Source: a virus. Taken from it: a DNA stretch of 64,000 nt. The notes below the pieces were generated by a model. The model was not told the origin of the DNA. It ran no database searches and saw only the letters and a program-made list of their open reading frames with translations. This document shows positions 53,291 to 61,472 of this stretch, one piece after another (position 1 is the first letter of the stretch; every line of letters begins with the position of its first letter). Where the stretch lies: the IMG/VR virus record IMGVR_UViG_3300045988_100686, positions 32,001-96,000 of that record; one strand, 5' to 3'. Position numbers and translations under genes: made by a program.

Positions 53291-55992
53291 TAGTACCTCC
53301 CGTCTTTACCTTTTCCGAATCCTGTTCCGCGTGCGTAGGAAGGAATAGGATTATAAGAGTGTAATGGACTACGTGATTGTGTAGCAGCGTTATCAATAAG
53401 CTTCTCTTTTAAGTATTTAAATCCAAAGTTAGCCATCCAATCATGTTTGTAGGTTGGGGCTTTATTGGTACCCTTCTGGAAGGGAACAAACTTTGGTGGA
53501 CGCTTGCTAGGATTCTTGCGAATATCTGCTGCTAGCTGGTTATAGTCTACTACGTCTCCTTCAATGAGATCATCAAAATCTCCCGGATCAATAATCTGTA
53601 CGTAGTTTATTAATCCACGAGCGATTACCTCAAAGTTTTTCTTTACACTATCGAGTCCTGCACCATGGTACAGAGTATCAAGACTCTGAATAAACTGCTT
53701 GCGACCAGTATCTATGCCTTTGTAAGGTACAACCTTGCTAATGTTTAGAATACCGTCTGTTAATGGGTCGCCAGCTTCTACTCTATCCCCAACCTTTACT
53801 TTCAGTGTTCTTGTTGGCGGTATGTAGTACTTCTTACGGCCTATGTATACGTTCTGTCCGCCTGCAGGTGCTGCCTGTATGTTTGTGATTGTTCCAGATA
53901 CTTCAGTAATAACTGCTGCACCACTAAACTTAGTGGACATATTAAAGAACGCCTTTACCGTGTTAAAACCAATTGCCTCACCTGCTGCAGTACCTGCTGT
54001 ATGTTTAGATGACAGGCCTAACTGTGTAAAAGGTTCTGAAATAGCGTGAGCAGATACTACACCTACATTTTCACCGATATCAGGGAATTTCAATTTCTCG
54101 TTGTACCCGTAGCAATATTGGCATACACCATCATGTGCTTCACATGTAGCTGGGCTACGTACCTCAACCTGAGGAACTCCACGACGTTTTAATTGTTCAT
54201 AATAGTTGGCATCGATAAACTTGTTTGTCTTCGCCTCAACACGGTTAATGATATTCTTAGTATCGTTAATGTCACGTACTAAACCACGTTTACATCCGCA
54301 ATCCTTTTTGGTAACTACGATATCAAGTACGTTGCCAATAAGTTCTTTTGCTAATGCGCCTGCAGGAGCTACGGATAGCTTTGCACCAACAGTACCTTTA
54401 CGGGTGCCATAGGATGATACAAAGTAATCGGCAGGACTTAGACCCTCGTTGTATGATGTGTGAATCAAGGAAGGAATAAGTTTATCTTTAGGATCTGCTA
54501 CTACTGTAGGACTAGTTATGATCTGCATTACTTGTCCTTTTGACCCCTTGGAGCCTGTATATGCCCACTGCTGGAATGTGTTGTCAGTTGCCTCATCTGT
54601 GAGTTTCTGTGCAAATGCCTGAGCTTTACGTAATATCTTGCCTTTTTCTGCATCGACTTGTTTGGGTGTAAGATCTTTGCGTTTGTCAATATCTGCCAGC
54701 TCTTGGTCAATCTTATTGAAGTATATGTTACGCTTTTTCTTCAACTCATCCATATCGAAGTCAGTTGCTTTGTAAGATACACCTAATCTATAGGCAAATA
54801 ATGCTCCCAACTCTTTTAGACCATCAGCAATCCTGGTATATTCTTTTGGCCATCTCTGTCCTACCTGGGTAAGAAGGCCGCTCATTACGGATTTATTCCA
54901 CACTTTGTCATAATTACGCAATGGCATTGGGAATAGCTCATTGATAAGTACTGCACCTGCAGTTGTCTTAAACTGTCTGTATTGAACAGGGGCGTCTGGC
55001 TTAATCATTCCCATGCGGATATTTTCGTGAAGCTGTTTAACGTTTTGTACAGGAGTGAATCGTGTACTTTTATCAAACGTTGGGAGAGTCTTTGTTGCTG
55101 CAAATAATCCAAACACTGATTCCTGCTGTGGTAACATCATAGGTCCCATGTTGCGGGGTGAGAATAAGTTGTGACTTGGAGTCATTTTCTCCAGTGCTTC
55201 TAACCTTGCTTCTTCCGTTGCAGGTACATGAAGCTGCATGGTATCATAAACTAGAATACCGTTGGCTATGAAAAGTGGAAACTCCGGGACCGTGAAGTCG
55301 TAAGTTATTTCTTCTCGGTCAACTTCTTCTACAGAAGTCACCTCATCCCATACATATGGCAGGTTTAAATATGGATTTGCTGGGTTTACCTTAGCTACAT
55401 CACTGATCTGTACTAGTGCGCCATTCTCTGGTATTCTTACTGCGTTGTAGTCCAAGTATAAACGTGTGTTTACTATTTTGCAAAAGATACCCTGACGTGC
55501 TAGTATTACTTTAGCTAATTCTAGCTCTTGCTTATCCTTTACCTTCCAGTACATACTAGGATTTTCTGTGTTATCTGTGGTATCAAAGTGGACCATTGCT
55601 AACAATGCCGTGCCAAGATCATCTGTTGATAAATTTAGCATATAATATGAAAACTTGTTTGGTTTAAAGTTATCCATTGCAAACTTACGCATAGCTTTTG
55701 CTTGTGCAGTTTTCTTTGGAATATATGATATCATACGCATTATAGGCACGAATTTACCAAGTGCATCCTGGGGAGGTAATGGAGCAAAAAATGTTTCACT
55801 TCCGTTTGTTGCCAATGAGTGGTCATCGGTTACTGTGATCTCGTAGCCACAAGAGGTGCAGATTCTGTACATCTTCCCATGCTCTGTGTGTACACTTCGC
55901 TCAGTGTAATCCATGAATTCATTGGTGTTTGTAGCAGGGCAATAGGTTAATACTTTTCCCTTAACTACAGTTGAGTTACTTTGGGTACTCAT
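53290..55992 (-). CDS. RNA polymerase beta-prime-like protein (C-terminal-half homolog) with N-terminal intein-like element
   Basis: Three strong beta-prime motifs. (1) LHVPATEEARLEALEKMTPSHNLFSPRNMGPMMLPQQESVFGLF matches the VHVPLSLEAQLEAR...SPANGEP...PSQD..LG segment after the catalytic loop. (2) The bridge-helix region TGSKGSKGQVMQI...SYNEGLSPADYFVSSYGTRKGTVGAKLSVAPAGALAKELIGNVLD matches SGARG...FREGL..[33 protein letters not shown]. (3) The trigger-loop region AISEPFTQLGLSSKHTAGTA matches GEPGTQLTMRTFHTGG. In the N-terminal 250 aa, C18 plus ITVTDDHSLATNG (block B, TxxH-like) and TYDFTVPEFPLFIANGILVYD|T (blocks F/G) resemble intein splicing motifs. SD GGAGG upstream. Confidence 0.7.
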   Translation of the reverse strand: MSTQSNSTVVKGKVLTYCPATNTNEFMDYTERSVHTEHGKMYRICTSCGYEITVTDDHSLATNGSETFFAPLPPQDALGKFVPIMRMISYIPKKTAQAKAMRKFAMDNFKPNKFSYYMLNLSTDDLGTALLAMVHFDTTDNTENPSMYWKVKDKQELELAKVILARQGIFCKIVNTRLYLDYNAVRIPENGALVQISDVAKVNPANPYLNLPYVWDEVTSVEEVDREEITYDFTVPEFPLFIANGILVYDTMQLHVPATEEARLEALEKMTPSHNLFSPRNMGPMMLPQQESVFGLFAATKTLPTFDKSTRFTPVQNVKQLHENIRMGMIKPDAPVQYRQFKTTAGAVLINELFPMPLRNYDKVWNKSVMSGLLTQVGQRWPKEYTRIADGLKELGALFAYRLGVSYKATDFDMDELKKKRNIYFNKIDQELADIDKRKDLTPKQVDAEKGKILRKAQAFAQKLTDEATDNTFQQWAYTGSKGSKGQVMQIITSPTVVADPKDKLIPSLIHTSYNEGLSPADYFVSSYGTRKGTVGAKLSVAPAGALAKELIGNVLDIVVTKKDCGCKRGLVRDINDTKNIINRVEAKTNKFIDANYYEQLKRRGVPQVEVRSPATCEAHDGVCQYCYGYNEKLKFPDIGENVGVVSAHAISEPFTQLGLSSKHTAGTAAGEAIGFNTVKAFFNMSTKFSGAAVITEVSGTITNIQAAPAGGQNVYIGRKKYYIPPTRTLKVKVGDRVEAGDPLTDGILNISKVVPYKGIDTGRKQFIQSLDTLYHGAGLDSVKKNFEVIARGLINYVQIIDPGDFDDLIEGDVVDYNQLAADIRKNPSKRPPKFVPFQKGTNKAPTYKHDWMANFGFKYLKEKLIDNAATQSRSPLHSYNPIPSYARGTGFGKGKDGRY

Positions 55993-56063
55993 TAAATTTC
56001 TAAACCTCCAATCTAATCTAGGTTTCTAAAGATCATTATACCGGGAAATTATGTAACAAAAAA

Positions 56064-56108
56064 TCGTAAAAGTAATGGTATAAGTATTATGTAGAAGAAT
56101 ATAATTAC
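56064..56108 (+). promoter_or_regulatory. divergent-region control element: AATGGTATAAGTAT extended -10-like box plus 9-bp perfect palindrome AGAAGAATA-N8-TATTCTTCT
   Basis: The TGGTATAAGTAT box also occurs at 10572 and 22825. The palindrome lies at 56083-56108, between the divergent virion and Ubl modules. Confidence 0.4.
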
Positions 56109-56149
56109 GTATTCTTCTATAAAAATTAAGGGGGGAGACGACTCTGTCA

Positions 56150-56509
56150 ATGATTCCTTTAAGTCAAATTTATAAGAGGGAGAAGATTATTCTTACAATA
56201 AAGAATAGTAAAGATCTTATTAAGGAAGTATCCATTAATGGAGTAAACTTACTTAGTAAGACTTTATCACTTATTGTTAATCCTGATTTAAACTGTGACC
56301 TCTTCCTGTTGAGAACCACAAAGTCAGGAGGAATAGTCTTCGAGCAATCAACAAAAGGGAATATTAGAATTACGATCTCCTCTAATATTTCCCTTGAATC
56401 AACCACAGATAGACCTACAACAAATTTCATAAGGGTATCTCAACGAGAGAAAAAGAATAGGCAGTGGACAATCTGTGAGCGATTCTATACCTTGGAGATC
56501 AATAGTTAA
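56150..56509 (+). CDS. hypothetical protein
   Basis: 119 aa with AAGGGGGGAG upstream. AT-rich and of low complexity. Confidence 0.4.
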   Translation: MIPLSQIYKREKIILTIKNSKDLIKEVSINGVNLLSKTLSLIVNPDLNCDLFLLRTTKSGGIVFEQSTKGNIRITISSNISLESTTDRPTTNFIRVSQREKKNRQWTICERFYTLEINS

Positions 56510-56528
56510 ACGAAAGAAGGATTTTATT

Positions 56529-56759
56529 ATGAACACTAATCTGACCCGCATTGTATTTATCTCTGGCCAAACTCAACCGTACGTATTCAGCCCGGACGAC
56601 GGCGCAAATGATCTTACTGACGCTCAGATCTTGGAATGCATCGCTGCAACTGATCCGTCTGTTAACACTTCTGCTCGCCTGGCTTGGCAGCAAACCCAAT
56701 ACAATGGTGAGCAAGTTCTCTCCGCAACCTATGTGCCGCAAGCACAAACCAAAGGTTAA
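56529..56759 (+). CDS. ubiquitin-like protein (76 aa, C-terminal Gly) - candidate Ubl of a conjugation system
   Basis: The ATG at 56529 has AGAAGGA 7 nt upstream. 76 aa ending ...QAQTKG then stop. The N-terminus MNTNLTRIVFISGQ echoes the ubiquitin beta-1 strand. GC-richer, high-expression codon usage. The ORF track's 56475 start overlaps the upstream ORF. Confidence 0.5.
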   Translation: MNTNLTRIVFISGQTQPYVFSPDDGANDLTDAQILECIAATDPSVNTSARLAWQQTQYNGEQVLSATYVPQAQTKG

Positions 56760-56952
56760 TCTGCTGGGTTTCTCTAATTAATTGATCTAGCCTTGTTAGG
56801 CTACGATTACTGTGTAGCATTTTCTGGTAAAAATTTAATATTGAATTAGAATATTATGATGGCATAATCGTTCTAAAGACAATTGCATATTGAAAGACCT
56901 AGATAGTCGGTAATAGGTGAACAGAAAGACTTAATCTTCTACAAGTTATACG

Positions 56953-57004
56953 CAAGGGGTCTATGTAGTCTTCGGACTGCATAGATTCCCTAAAATTTTT
57001 TTTT
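56953..57004 (+). terminator. hairpin with UUCG tetraloop followed by T-run
   Basis: GGGGTCTATGTAGTC-TTCG-GACTGCATAGATTCCC, then TAAAATTTTTTTTT. Confidence 0.5.
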
Positions 57005-57027
57005 AGTACTTTGAAAGGAGGATAATA

Positions 57028-57312
57028 ATGGGTGTTCAGTCTGAAATAGATAAAGTTATAGGAGAACTTCCTGAGATTAAACCTCTCAGCTTTTATATTG
57101 AAGAGTTACGGAAGTATTTAGACACAACGACTCCTCTTGAGGAAATGTTTAAAAAGCCTTTCCCAGAAGAACTGATACGTAAATTTCTAGCTGCAAAACA
57201 AGATAATTCACAGAGAAGAAATGAGCTGCTCGTAAAGCAGGTCTGGGAGATTGTAGTTGATCTTCCTGTTGCACCTGTACCAGAATCTAGTAAAAGGAGG
57301 AGAGTAATGTGA
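57028..57312 (+). CDS. hypothetical protein (first gene of the E2-JAB-E1 operon)
   Basis: SD AAAGGAGG upstream; 94 aa; stop overlaps the next start (ATGTGA). Confidence 0.5.
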   Translation: MGVQSEIDKVIGELPEIKPLSFYIEELRKYLDTTTPLEEMFKKPFPEELIRKFLAAKQDNSQRRNELLVKQVWEIVVDLPVAPVPESSKRRRVM

Positions 57313-58793
57313 GTAATGAAAATATGGCTTCAGGCTATATAAATTATATTGCTGATGCTAGTACCTCAGTAATTGGACGTAATAGAGGGAAGTGGGAATT
57401 GTCACAAAAGTATGTTCAGTATTTAGATGATACTACTGAATATGCACTTGGACTAATATTTGGACCTTATCAGCTTAATCATTTTGGTTGCTACGTAGCA
57501 ACTAGAATATTTTCTTCTATTCTTACTCCTGGTAAGAAAAACGGGTTAATGACACCCAATGAAGCTCGTGGAGCTATTGAAGATAATCTTTACTGTGATG
57601 TGAATTTGCCGACATTGTTTTTCAATGCCTTGGTGCTCTTAAAATTCATGCAGTTCGGAGACGATACTTTTGCTTCCCCTACAGCTTTCAAGTATATAAA
57701 ACGAGTCCAGACAAGTGGATCCCGAGGAACTATTGTTAACATGAAAATTATTCCATTTGTATCTGGGCTTGTTACTCCAGAGACAATGCTTAAGGGAGTA
57801 AAGATCCTGTGTGCAATAGCTGCATTAAAACCAGAGGTATATGAAGCAGTTCAAGAAATATACAATGATATTAATAAAGAATTACTCAGAAATATAATGG
57901 TAAATGCATCTGAATTGCTTGACCTTAGGATAGAGAGTGGCAAAATTGCAATACCTATGTTTAAACTTGGTGCTCCTGGTATCCCGCTCGAACTTGTACT
58001 CGATGATTATAAGGAGTTTTCACTTAAGCTCGAAGAACTTGCCTCTAGAATTTTAGAGGCGTGCAATGGTAGCTTAGAAGATTTCCTTCAAGCTATATTT
58101 GCTCTTGACATTGATAATATAACTACCTATAAGGAGGAAAACACAATGATGGTTGTAACTGAAATACTGAGGAATCTGATTAATAAAGGTATACTGATTA
58201 CTCGTGATGGCAGACTGCTGTCCATCAACATTACTGATGAAGATACTGTTCAGGTTAATCCTTTCAATAATAATGATGCGGAACGCCCGACTATTGCAAA
58301 TTTGACCATTGAACGTAACGGTACTACAGAGGAAATCATTACTCTGAAGGATGATAGATTAGAACATATTATTGATACCGCTCAAAACGTTCTGAATTCT
58401 AGTGTAAACAATGCTATCAACAATGACAGAAATGTCAGAGTACAGCGTGCTTCTATGGCATCTGCTACACCTGCTACACCGGAAATGCGTAGAAATGCTG
58501 ACGGGTCTATTTCTGTGCATAGAACAGTTGGCTCTTTCCGTATGTGGGCCCCAGCTACTCCTGCAGAGGCAGCTCAATTTGAGCGTACACAGCAACAACA
58601 AGCTCAACAAGATCAGCTTGCAGCTGGTGAGGATACAGAACGGGATGCCATTGTTGAAACCGTAGAAGATAGTCCTGAAGATATTGTCATGGTTTCTGTT
58701 GTGGAAAACAATAGTGTGCGTGTAAGACGTATGACTCGTGAAGAAGCTGAAGATCAAGAACTTGCTATCGTAAGTGTTATTGAAAGACGGTGA
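57309..58793 (+). CDS. hypothetical 494-aa protein in the Ubl-conjugation operon (possible adaptor/target-recognition component)
   Basis: GTG start with GGAGG 8 nt upstream. The C-terminus is acidic and Gln-rich. Confidence 0.5.
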   Translation: MSNENMASGYINYIADASTSVIGRNRGKWELSQKYVQYLDDTTEYALGLIFGPYQLNHFGCYVATRIFSSILTPGKKNGLMTPNEARGAIEDNLYCDVNLPTLFFNALVLLKFMQFGDDTFASPTAFKYIKRVQTSGSRGTIVNMKIIPFVSGLVTPETMLKGVKILCAIAALKPEVYEAVQEIYNDINKELLRNIMVNASELLDLRIESGKIAIPMFKLGAPGIPLELVLDDYKEFSLKLEELASRILEACNGSLEDFLQAIFALDIDNITTYKEENTMMVVTEILRNLINKGILITRDGRLLSINITDEDTVQVNPFNNNDAERPTIANLTIERNGTTEEIITLKDDRLEHIIDTAQNVLNSSVNNAINNDRNVRVQRASMASATPATPEMRRNADGSISVHRTVGSFRMWAPATPAEAAQFERTQQQQAQQDQLAAGEDTERDAIVETVEDSPEDIVMVSVVENNSVRVRRMTREEAEDQELAIVSVIERR

Positions 58794-58800
58794 TTATACA

Positions 58801-59607
58801 ATGGCTATGAATATTAAAAAGATAGAATTTGAAGACAATTCTGCTGTAGTAACCATGAGGGATCCTGACGAACTTATTGGTCTTGTACGTAAAAGAGTGT
58901 CGATTGATGCTCTAATTCAAGCCCTTGGAAAGATTAGTACATCCCAATCTATGCTTATTCCTCCTAACTGCAGGGGCATTTGGGAGACTAAAAACAATAA
59001 GTATTTCCTGTTTATCATCCCGGCACACATGGGCAAGACTGCCGTAGTGTGGTATAAAACTGACACTGATAACTATGGAGCTCCGGGTAGTAGTACTAAG
59101 TTGGAGAACCAGCCTGAACATATTCAGTCAATGTATGAAGACTCAGAAGACAGTGACTACATTAGAGTGTTCAACACTCCATTCCCAGATGCGTGTGTGT
59201 TGATTAAAATGACAAAGGCTGGTAGCAATAAACTTATGTTTAATGATATCAGAGCATGGTCTATTAAGAGTACTATGCTTCCTCTAGATAAAACAGCAGT
59301 ATACCGCTGGCCGTTCTTTAATATGTATGGTGATGCAAGAGTATGCATTGGTGATATCCCCAGAGAGTATCCTAATGTAGAATCTGTTGCTAGTATTATT
59401 AATTACCTATATATTGGCGTAGGTAACCATGATCTTGATCATACTCCATATGTAATTCCTGATAATAAGTTTGGAATCAAAAATTCTTTTCAGTTGGTCA
59501 AATACCTTGATGAAAACAAGTTGACTGTATTTCCAAGGGAGTTACTGTGTAGTTTTGGTACATCGATCATTGAAACAGTAGAAAATATTGTTGCTAATGG
59601 AAATTAA
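58801..59607 (+). CDS. E2-like (UBC-fold) ubiquitin-conjugating enzyme homolog
   Basis: FFNMYGDARVCIGDI...VESVASIINYLY aligns with the UBC core FHPNVYADGSICLDIL...VSSILTSIQSLL; the catalytic Cys sits in RVCIG. The ORF track starts at a GTG at 58774. Confidence 0.5.
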   Translation: MAMNIKKIEFEDNSAVVTMRDPDELIGLVRKRVSIDALIQALGKISTSQSMLIPPNCRGIWETKNNKYFLFIIPAHMGKTAVVWYKTDTDNYGAPGSSTKLENQPEHIQSMYEDSEDSDYIRVFNTPFPDACVLIKMTKAGSNKLMFNDIRAWSIKSTMLPLDKTAVYRWPFFNMYGDARVCIGDIPREYPNVESVASIINYLYIGVGNHDLDHTPYVIPDNKFGIKNSFQLVKYLDENKLTVFPRELLCSFGTSIIETVENIVANGN

Positions 59608-59621
59608 TGGAGGTAAAAATA

Positions 59622-61472
59622 ATGGCAGTTCCAAACCAATATAATAAATATGCTTCTTTATATACTGTGCCCAAAAAGCCAGAACTCACAGACGTCCAAA
59701 AACGTCTTATTGAACGTATGCAACGTAGTCGCTGCAAAATCTGGGAGTCCTATGCTGCGTATACTGCAGCTGATGAATCTGATAAGAAACCAGACAATTA
59801 CTTCCCAACTAAAACTGGTTGGGGTATTGCGCGCAAGCGTGTTCTCAATGGTAATAGTGTGGAGTTCGTTACAACTGTTCCAGAATGTCCGCTGGTTGAT
59901 GAAATCCAACCCAAAGTTGTTCTTGATATTCATAATAAAATCCCTGGATCTCTGCTCCAGGAGATTCTTGCAAACTTTAACAAAGTATGCGAGGACTCTA
60001 ATAATGAGTGTGCTGCTCAGATTTACCGTGAGCGAGATGGTGAAAGAAAGTATTTCATTTATTACCCTGAACAAAAGGTGTCTACTGCTCAAGTAACCTA
60101 TACTCATGATCCACAGCTCATGGAACTCGCAAAGGCATATGACCTCATCATGGAGCTGCATTCCCATGATTCTATGGGTGCATTCTGGTCTGGCACAGAT
60201 GACAGTAATGAGAACACTTGTGGATTCTACATGGTAATTGGCAGATTTAACTCTTCTGTAGTTGAGTACAAATGCCGTGCAAAACTTGATAAACTGTATG
60301 CTGATTTTAATTGCTCTGAAATCTTTGATTTCGGTGACACACCTGAAGAACAAATCCTTACTCGTGAAAACTTTATTGCTCCGAATGATGAACTGGATAA
60401 GAAGATCACAAAAGAAAGCCTTACTTATTATAATGGTGCGTATCAAGCTTGTTATGACATGTGGAACTATGGTGGTTATTCTTATCAAGGATACAATGAC
60501 TATAATTATGGTAAATCAACTAAGAAATCTCAGAGATACCTTGCTAAAACAGAACTGGCTGCACGTAAACGCTTGATGGCTAAATTGAAGAATGCTCCGG
60601 AATCCATCTTCCCGGAAGACGCTCTTTATAATGAGCTCTGGGATCATGCAGACTATATCAAAGCCAGAAAACGTTGGGAATGCTGTGGGTACTATGATAA
60701 CCAGGAGGCCATGAAGGAATGCTGGAAACGAATCCCAAAAAACCAGGCAGGCGCGGAAGAGGAGGTGAGTCAAGACGCCGTCGTTGCCTCTGATTATGTA
60801 ACTCGTATGAGCAAGTGCTACTCTGCAGATGGGTTCCAAAATACCCATACAGCTGGTGGAGTTGCCACTGGCATTGAAACTGCGGAATATCTTGCTGGTA
60901 ATGGAGATGAGGCAGCTGCACGTTATGGCACGCTTCCGGGCAAGATTCAACAATACAGTAATTTTGATTTAGATCTTGGCACTGCTGATGTGAATGACCA
61001 AGACTACAATGATAATCTTAATATGGCTGTGGCTAGCAGAACTGAGTCCCAGTCTAACATTGAGACATTCTTGCAGGAAGGAATGGGCGGGGTCCGTGAA
61101 GAGACTGAAAACAAATTTATTGCTAATGTAATGAATATTGCGTTTCTTCACACCCCGTCAGCCAGTATCAACGTCGGAGTGTTCTGGGAGTTGCTTACAC
61201 CGGTTGAGAAAACTAGACTGGCAAAAGCATTCCACTGCTCTGTTATGGATCTTGCTACTCTGCTTATTGGCAGCAGCGCTGTTGTTGCATCTCCTGATGT
61301 AGCAGAGTTCCTGTATAAGTGCATCCTTGGTGATGCTAAGTATGTAGAATGTAAGCTTGGTCTTATTACCAGTAAGGTCATGGCTGAAAAGCCGTCTACT
61401 GCTGCTCAATTTGTAGCACTCATCCATGAGATGCTTGAGGTTGAAAGAGATGTTAAGGAGGCAAAGGAATGA
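59622..61472 (+). CDS. JAB/MPN (JAMM) metallopeptidase-domain protein (deubiquitinase-like)
   Basis: JAMM motif ELHSHDSMGAFWSGTDD (HxHx7Sx2D) with an upstream Glu. The ATG at 59622 has TGGAGGT 8 nt upstream. The stop overlaps the E1 start (ATGA). Confidence 0.7.
   Translation: MAVPNQYNKYASLYTVPKKPELTDVQKRLIERMQRSRCKIWESYAAYTAADESDKKPDNYFPTKTGWGIARKRVLNGNSVEFVTTVPECPLVDEIQPKVVLDIHNKIPGSLLQEILANFNKVCEDSNNECAAQIYRERDGERKYFIYYPEQKVSTAQVTYTHDPQLMELAKAYDLIMELHSHDSMGAFWSGTDDSNENTCGFYMVIGRFNSSVVEYKCRAKLDKLYADFNCSEIFDFGDTPEEQILTRENFIAPNDELDKKITKESLTYYNGAYQACYDMWNYGGYSYQGYNDYNYGKSTKKSQRYLAKTELAARKRLMAKLKNAPESIFPEDALYNELWDHADYIKARKRWECCGYYDNQEAMKECWKRIPKNQAGAEEEVSQDAVVASDYVTRMSKCYSADGFQNTHTAGGVATGIETAEYLAGNGDEAAARYGTLPGKIQQYSNFDLDLGTADVNDQDYNDNLNMAVASRTESQSNIETFLQEGMGGVREETENKFIANVMNIAFLHTPSASINVGVFWELLTPVEKTRLAKAFHCSVMDLATLLIGSSAVVASPDVAEFLYKCILGDAKYVECKLGLITSKVMAEKPSTAAQFVALIHEMLEVERDVKEAKE

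Noticed and set aside
54700-54790. Acidic DFDMDE stretch in the beta-prime-like protein as an alternative catalytic Asp triad
   Set aside because: It lies about 120 residues downstream of the segment that aligns to the beta-prime catalytic loop and sits in a Lys/Glu-rich low-complexity region. The order of conserved blocks places the true active-site position at GILVYDTMQ, so this D-x-D-x-D is probably coincidental.
56475-56528. Longer 94-aa version of the Ubl ORF starting at 56475
   Set aside because: That start overlaps the upstream ORF and lacks an SD. The ATG at 56529 has AGAAGGA at ideal spacing and yields exactly 76 aa, so I prefer the shorter form. The boundary remains uncertain.
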